In this document: in pieces, positions 56,138 through 64,000 of the stretch
Numbering within the stretch: the stretch's first letter is position 1
Layout: each line of letters starts with the position of its first letter
DNA from: Nemertoderma westbladi
Taxonomy: Eukaryota > Animalia > Xenacoelomorpha
Direction: 5' to 3'
Length of the DNA stretch: 64,000 nucleotides
NCBI GenBank assembly: GCA_032718475.1
Contig: JAUCBJ010006622.1
Coordinates: 1-64,000, forward strand
Program-made: the position numbers and the translations under genes
Notes under the pieces: model-generated
What the model was told of the DNA's origin: nothing
Seen by the model: only the letters and a program-made list of their open reading frames with translations
Databases searched by the model: none

Positions 56138-57509
56138 TGGTTTGTATTTTGTTTGAGTATTCTGTACGGGTAGCGTAATATTTATTATTCAGAGTTTATG
56201 CGATTATTCGCAACATTCATGTCCCCAAGTTTATTCCTACAGTAATTGTGCTTGTTATACATACCGTTATAGTTAAATTAACCCCGGTACTACACGGGCT
56301 GCTTGGCGTAGGTAAAGACCGGAGATTTTGTGCTTTGGTCACTCCAGCAGATGCCGTGGTTCTTTTAGCTGTTCAAGTATTTTAACTACTGATTATTTGT
56401 TGTACAAGTACTTGTACCTAATTTAGGGTTTAGTGTACAGTGCTTTCCGAAGGTAATTAGTGTGTAGGCAGTATATTTGTGTTGTAAAGTGGTTAATAGG
56501 CACGTTGGTTCTGGTAGACCGCGGTAATTAACTTCTAGGTAGGGACACTCCGTGATACATAACGTAGTACCTATAGCGATACGGCTATAGGTCGTCAGAC
56601 GGTGGTATTTTCCTACCTGGACAACACAGTGTATTTACTACTACTTATTATTTTCAAATACCGTAGTATCCTGTCCGTTGTAATAACCAGAAAATCTAAC
56701 ACTCTGTTAGACTGGTTTGTAGTTCCCTGTAAAATTACCCTAAAATTTCGTACGTAATATTTTTGTTGTGTTTAATTAGAGATTTAATCTCACCCGTATC
56801 GTAAGTAATTCGTAGATAAGTAACTTAGGAAGTATAATTATTTGTTTTAGTGTCCAATAAGTAGCACTTCACTGAGAGCGCACAGCTTTTGTGTAGTGAT
56901 TACTTCCCAGAAATAATAACATCTATTTCAATATTGTAACAAAACCCCTCATACGGGTACATATAAATCCACTAAATCTATTAATAAAATAGTAGGCCTG
57001 TTATACAACACTTAGGTCTTAATATCAGTTGGACTGCTGCTCAAATAACGGTAATAAAGTAAGTAAAGTAACCAAGTAACCCCTAACATTCAGAAATTCA
57101 ATTATTTTAAAATAATTGACATACCGGTATTTACAATAGGCTTATTATATTTATTCTATAAATTTAGGCTGAAATCATACTGGTATTCTGTAATTAATTC
57201 TAGTCTGTAATAATTATACTTATATATACTATAAGTGTCAGCTGTATACCGGTATTCACGATAGGCCTATTATATATTTATATATATTTGTGCTAAATTT
57301 ATATACCGGTATTCTGTGACAAATCTAGTCTGTAATAATACTTATATATATACTATAAGCATACCGGTATTCTAATATATTATATATATATATCACGCTA
57401 CACTGAGTAGCAGTATCGGTAATTAATTATTAGGCTAACAGTGATACTGAATTACTAGACTTGCTTTAACTGTATTTATAGCCGTAGGCATTCAACTGTG
57501 TAAACAAAC

Positions 57510-60500
57510 ATGTCAGACACAACCCAATCACTGTCGGATAGTGTCTTAGAAAGTGTTAGAATGACTGTTAGACAGTGTCTTAAAAAGATCAGTGACCCAG
57601 ATCCAAGTATAGAACATCCTAGATCCAAGTCTAAGTCACCTACTATTGTAAGAAAGGCCATCCCTACAGTAGTAGTGTCAGACCCTAGGCTAGTAGAACA
57701 ACGTAGGTCTATCATCGGCACTCGGGCCCCAGTCAAGCGGGATCAAGAAGCAGCTGTCAAACAGCAGCAACATCCTAGCCAAGAACCTAGTTCTCAACGG
57801 CCCGATAGCTCCAGTAGTTCGGATACTGTTGAGCGGACGCCCGGACGCGGAGTGAAAATGGCGGATACGGTTTATGATGAGCGGCCAACCTATGAAGAAT
57901 CAACCGACGCCACTTCTTCTCAAGTGGAAAGCGAAGTGGAAAGCGAATTAACAGCAGCAGAGAAGCCGCGAACTAGAGACGCCATTGACATCTATCTGTC
58001 AGACTATCAGCGATTCCTAGGAGACGAAGAGTTGAGGAGATGACTGTCTGGACTTCGCCCTAATAGTGGAGGAACCAAGCTTGTGTTGGACTCAATCGAT
58101 GCGGAAATGTTAGCTGCAAACCAAGCTAAATTTGATGAAAAACTCCGCCTCGCTAGAGTCCAAGAAGAACAAGTAAAGAAAAAACGGATAGAGGACCGAA
58201 AGGCAGCAGCAGTAGCAGCGGCAATGGCAGAAGCAGAAGTGGAAAGAAAGGCGGCAAAGGCAGTGGCAGAAGCAGAACGGAGAGCGTCTGAGGAGACTAC
58301 CCAACTGGAGTTGGAAAATCTGCAAGAGACGCAAGACAACATAAATAAACAATTAACTGCTAGTCAAATGCAGATGATGAGTCGATCTACTCCCAAACGC
58401 CAGGAATATACATCATCGGAGGAAGGCGAGACTACAGATCCTGAAGGCGGAGGAAATAGATCTCGTCTAAGCAGGCGTAGAAAAACATCTCACCGTCACA
58501 AATTGCCTGATTTGCCCCCAGCTGTTAGAAGACAACTAGCTAGCACAGACTTAAGTAGTACAGAACCCACAGACCAAATTATGAAGGTCAAAAGACTCCC
58601 TACGATAGTTGATGAGCCTGAAATAATTAGGCCTGTCGTTCCCAAAGCCACTTCTGTGCTAGAGACCCCTGTACTTCCAGAGCTTAACTCTAAATTCCCT
58701 TTACACAGTACTACACTGCCTGTACCCGGTAGAACAGTCCATGAGAATATCCCTGTCCTGGACGCTGAGAGAGAAATCAAAGATTTGTCTCCCGTCGTCC
58801 CGCGTCTGCCCGCTACAATGTTGGCGACTCCCGCTTCGGCGGTCGAGTGGGTAGAGGAGGGACGGCGGGGGATGAATCTCCTGCTCGGACAGATGCAGGA
58901 GACTGTCCACCAACTCAAGGGAACAGTAAGGGAAAGTATGTTAGAATTGCAAGAAGTGCAGCAAAGTATCGCGCTAGAACGCGACAAATTAGTCAATATA
59001 CAAAAGGGTATACCAATACCCCCTGTAACATTGTGTCAACCTGTTAGGTCTGAAGTATTACATGCGCAAGGTGTGGAGCCTACACGCATCTATACTGCTA
59101 GTGAAGTAGAAACTCCTATAGCAAACCCTATTAAGGGTGATTATAAACCTGTTGTTGATGATATTCCCTATAGACCTGATAATAATCCGGGAAATTTATA
59201 TACCGATAATTCGATATTAAATAATACGATGGCCCAAGAAAGCTTTACGCGTCAGATGGCTAGAACAGAAGCCCGCCAAGCGGTCAAAGTGGGAGAAATC
59301 GTCAAATTCAATGGAGATGAGATGAAATGGTTACCTTTCAATGAATATTACAAAGATAGCATACAGAACTCTGTACTATCTAACGGAGAGAAACTTAGAT
59401 TCCTCATCAAGTGCTTGGAAGGACCTCCCAAGTTAATGGCGTTAAAGTTTATTGGACATCCAGATGGATTAAGACAAGTTTGGGATACATTAAACATCAG
59501 GTATGGTAACAAGGATAACATAGCTAAGTATTTGTATGCAAAATTAGTAGCCCCCCGAAAGTTCCTTAGTAGCGGGATTATAGAGTTTTCCGATGAGATT
59601 CAGGAGATCTGTAGACAATTGGATTGGTTAGGTAAGTCTCATGAATATCAGAGTTCCATGGTTATTGGAGCCGTAGTCTCTACTTTACCAAAGGGTGGAG
59701 TATGTACACGCTGGGACAAGAAAGTGTTGCATATGAATGAGCAGCAACGACGAGGCCCTACCATGGCTGATCTCATGTCCTTCTTAGATAGTGAAGTAAA
59801 ATTACAACTCATAAAGCAGTCCAGAGAGAAAACATCGGAAAATAAGGTAAGTGAGAAACCCGTTTCTAGGAGAAGGGTAACACCAGTGTGTTATACTGAC
59901 GATGGCGAAAGCCAAGCTTCTCAAGAAGAGGACAGCGGGAAAGACACAGCAAAATCTTACTATGACAACAAGACCTATAAAGACGTAAGTAAATATAAGT
60001 CTCGAACCAGTGACAGGAGAGAACAGGTAACAACAACTCCTCCTACGTCTCCTAAGAGAATTCACGGAAGAAAGCCCGAAGAAAGAACGAGAGTGCATAA
60101 CGTTACCCAAGGTAAAGTGAGTAACATCAAACCAAAATGTGCGCTGTGCGACGGGCCCCACCGTTTGAGTGTGTGTGCTGAATTCCTAAAGAAATCCCTG
60201 GTAGACAGACGTGAAGTCATGTGGGATAAGCGGTTATGCTATAATTGCCTCAGACAAGGACACCAACGGCGAACCTGTTACTCCGACGTAAAGTGTGCAA
60301 AGTGTGGTGCGAAACATCACATCTTGTTACACAGTGAATTCGAACGAAACAACCCGAGTCAGGTAAGTGAGCCCGAACTACATGTCCAATTCAGTGATGT
60401 AAATGACACTGATCAAGAATCTGAGATGGAAGGATTCTATACGGACGAATTCTCCGACGCCAACGAATCCTGTTACCTAATAAATACCGCAGTGTATCAA

Positions 60501-61571
60501 GCACTTACATATGAAAAGGACACCGACAATGAGTTCCCCCCAACTACCTTTGACAGACAACCATCTTGGAAACCTCCAACTTCCAACGTAGGAATCAGAG
60601 AATTTCCTGTAGTGCAGGTAAGAGTTCACAGTCCTAACAAAAGTTACATAGTGAACGCCCTCCTTGATTCCGGCAGCACAGGAACATTCATCGATCAAGA
60701 ACTAGCCGAAGACATCTTTGCTGGACAACCCAAATTCCGAACTAAGTTGAATATGTCAGGAATTATGCAGGTTTGGAAATCTACCATAACGGCAGATTAC
60801 TATGTAGGTGCGTTGTCCACCCCCCAGGATAAATTAGGAGAACAAAGTATAAGGGCAGTAAAAATGGTGGCTATAAAGAACTTCGCTACTACCCAAGGAG
60901 AACCTTATAACTGGGACGAGGACGAGAGCATCCAGCAGCTTAAGATACCTCGATTCCACACAGATTATCCTGGAGTGCAAATACTCATCGGCCAAAACGC
61001 GCATGAGGCGCTAGAGACATTGGAGAAACGGCCTGCTCAACCACAGCCACTACAAACCTATGCGGTAAGAACTAGAGTAGGTTGGTACTTCACTGGCCCT
61101 TCCCGTAGAACTCTCAAAGAGAGATTACCTCAAGAACAGGTATACCAAGTAAAGGAATGGGAAGTGGAGAGCAGTGAGGTGGACGACCCAACTGAGGGAA
61201 CACCATACTCCTCAGATAATGACGATATTAACTCCACTATAGATCAATGGAGACATTGCCTTGGGACGATTAATCCAGCCGACATTGCTTCCAGAGGAGC
61301 AACTCCTCAAGAACTAATAGATACTCCAGGCTGGTTAGGTGGATCCGACTTCTTAAGTAAAGAAGAAGAAGAATGGCCTCCTCATCTTACCACAGCGGAG
61401 ATTAGACAGGCCAAGGGAGTGGAGAAAGTAACACAACAACTCAATCGCCCAGTTGGTCGTTTATGTTTACTGGAAAGAGACCGAAAACTGTCCGGAAACT
61501 ATGGAAGGCAAGATACTCTTCCTACGACCACTTCCCTAATCCGACAAATATCTAGGGACTCCATAACGTGA
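57510..61571 (+). pseudogene. BEL/Pao Gag-protease ORF, RT/integrase absent; one in-frame TGA at 58041-58043
   Basis: DUF1759-like F.G....W..F...LS..EKL..L...L.G, three Cys/His knuckles (CALC..H..C, CYNC..GH..C, CAKC..HH.LLH), ALLDSGS, ILIG, RT..GW..TG, then directly QWRH...NPADIASRG...WL.G..FL....WP. Confidence 0.88.
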
Positions 61572-62095
61572 CTATATCATTTTATATTTGTTTTTATTTT
61601 ATATTTATGTATGTATTATTATGTAATTTTATTATAATCGTTTTCTTTAATTTTATTTAGTAGAATGTTATTTTAGTGATTATTTAGTAGATTAGTGCAA
61701 TATATTATTGTTTATTACGTACGTAATTACTTATAATATATATTTAGTGTGACGGCGAGAAATAATTATTTTTTCTCTTTCCTTACTGTCCGTATCATAT
61801 TATAAATACGTGACTACAGTAGGATGAAATGTCCGTACTTATTAAAGTACAATAAAGCCACTACTATATTCAAGTATTATTGGTAGGCAGAGTATTAGGA
61901 ATGCAAAGTTCAGATCCTCGTGTCTCGGCTAAACCAAGCTCTGGGTAGACCTTGGAAACGCCTTGCCTCTTCACACTGACATTGCTTCGTGCGATATTGC
62001 TCTCATACCATATATAATAATACATATAGTAGCGTGATGTCCCTCTAACAGTAGCGTGAAATGCAAATAAATCTGTTAAACCTTTTGACCATCTG

Positions 62096-62380
62096 TAATT
62101 CTAGTCGATTAAGATATCGCGGCACCCACCGATATACTTGAAAGACAAATTCTAGAATCAGTGGTTAACGTCCCCAGACAAGTTCTGGAATAAATTGGTG
62201 CCCATCTCAAATATTAATTATTTAATATTTATAAATCTATAAATCAAAATCTGTAAAATTCAGATCCTTTAACAATTCTAGTCGATTAAGATATCGTAGC
62301 ACTTACCGATACTCTTAAAAGACAATTTTCATAGAATTAAGGATCCTATGTCCCCAGACCTGCTCTGGAATCAAATTGTG
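62096..62380 (+). repeat. Degenerate direct duplication (period ~176 bp)
   Basis: aattctagtcgattaagatatcg..cac..accgata...aaagacaa...gtccccagac...ctggaat twice. Confidence 0.7.
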
Positions 62381-64000
62381 TCAATTGCACTATCAAATAA
62401 TAAAATTTCAGGGAATTTGAATTCATATTTTAATGAATTTAATAAATTGTCATTCTGTGCAATTTATAACATTCCCAAAATCCCATTAATTAATAGATCA
62501 CGGGAGCGGAGATTCGTCCTATTAAGTGTGTTAGAGTGTGAGAATCTCCCATGTATGAGTCAATAGCCGATAAAATTTATAAAATCATATATAAACGAGA
62601 TATTGGACCATTAAAGAATTACTATTAAATAGCATCCCAGATCTGTATGCATTGGAATTACCCTAATTCTACCGCTAGCTTTCCATAATGTCACCATAGT
62701 AACACCCACGCTAGAATTAGAAACAAGTTAAAAAGAACAATAGAAAGCTTGCCCCATTGCATAGTAAGAAATAAATAGCGCACTGCTAGTATCCAAGGAT
62801 ACATAATAATAACGTGGCATTCTGGAAGGCACTGACTAACGGACAAATGGCCCGAGTGTGTGTAATTTGTGACAGTTGTGTGTGTGGAATTTGTGAGTTT
62901 ATAGGCGAATGTTACTACTAAGGTGTGTTTACAGTAGCGAGTCGCAATTGTGAAACTAACCCTAACTCTCCAGTAAGAACCTGAAGTGTATCTAAGCCTT
63001 TGGGACGGACAGTGGAGTGACTCGTGCTAGTGTCGTTGTCGTTGTGTAGCTACACGTTGGCGGAAAACACAGCGGCGACGATACATTTGCGCTGAGGCTA
63101 TTACACTGTCCGGGGGCTGATTGGGGTAGGCAGCGACGCTCGCTAGCCTAATTATAAGCTCATTATAATATTAATAAACTCATATATAGCAGATATAACG
63201 GAGTTGATAGAAGATGGTCTTGGTATCGGGGAGCGATATACTCTACCTTTACAAGTGTTTGTTGATAGCTTGATACGCGGCGACGCTAGTCCAACTACTA
63301 CGAAGGACGATGGTCGTTATATCGAACTGACGATTTCCTAGAAGCAACTTACGCGTGAATTGGACTATGGAAAATTCACCGCTCGCTACACGCATCGTAA
63401 TAGTACGTATATGGACTTCTTAACCATTGGCTATTCTATCGATTCACACGATACGGACTATGTCGAACATATATCCTACCCAGCGGAGTCGGAACGATAA
63501 ACTGAAATTTGAATGCGAAAATTCTATTCGAAATCGACTCGAAAGAAAGACATTAGAGAGACAAATGGACGCGGTAACTCTAACGTATATTTGGAATTCT
63601 TGATAGAAGCAATGTAACAACAAATAAATATCATCCGCGTTTCCCCTACCAGACGTGCGTCTTTGGTATTATTACGATAAATGCCCTAGACCCAACTAAT
63701 AAACGGAAAGACATAAACATCCACGGAAACCGAAACTTGTTCGACATATCACCACCGCTCGCTCGACTCAGACGATCTTTGAGTAAACCTACGATCATAG
63801 TTCCGGAATACTCGGTCAGACCACCTCGTTCCTTGATTAGACCTCAGACTTTCGATTCTGATGGTATCCCGGATCCTCACGAGCTGTATTCACTGTTCAA
63901 AGATCTAGTGCTACCCTAACAATTAATCGGTAACACTCCGGCAGCGAGCTCTAGCTAGCCGCCCATCTTACCTAGCCGTATTGGGACGCGGACACCTAAT

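Noticed and set aside
62700-64000. Possible further LTR/PBS and decayed gag-like sequence
   Set aside because: No paired LTR, no convincing protein motif; truncated by the window end
1-64000. tRNA, rRNA or self-cleaving ribozyme genes
   Set aside because: None recognisable by eye; a covariance-model scan (tRNAscan-SE, Infernal/Rfam) would be needed

Overview
Repeat-dense animal (probably invertebrate) genomic DNA with no supportable host gene; almost all of it resolves into nested mobile elements whose ends can be read from TIRs and target-site duplications (TSDs). The centrepiece is a complete ~22.9-kb Polinton/Maverick endogenous virus (30020-52948; AGTAGTAGG...CCTACTACT ends, 6-bp TSD ATTAAC, ~376-bp TIRs). 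Its virion/integration block is intact: packaging ATPase, integrase, two tandem minor capsid genes, major capsid, adenain-like protease, core proteins, a RING protein and a DEDD-like protein. Its pPolB is broken by a Harbinger MITE, a CRE-type retrotransposon and frameshifts. It also carries a candidate transcription module: a TBP-like ORF, a PC4-like ORF and a long palindrome with two TATA boxes. The Polinton lies in a solo LTR that lies in the protease of a dead Gypsy element. The left part holds a CR1-type LINE (ORF1 in frame with ORF2 across UGA-CUA, plus a 30-bp coding minisatellite), two CAGTYAGG-ended elements with 5-bp TSDs, and a MULE-like element hosting several further insertions including a second LINE. 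The right end holds an RT-less BEL/Pao gag-protease ORF. All calls come from motif reading by eye; no database searches were run.
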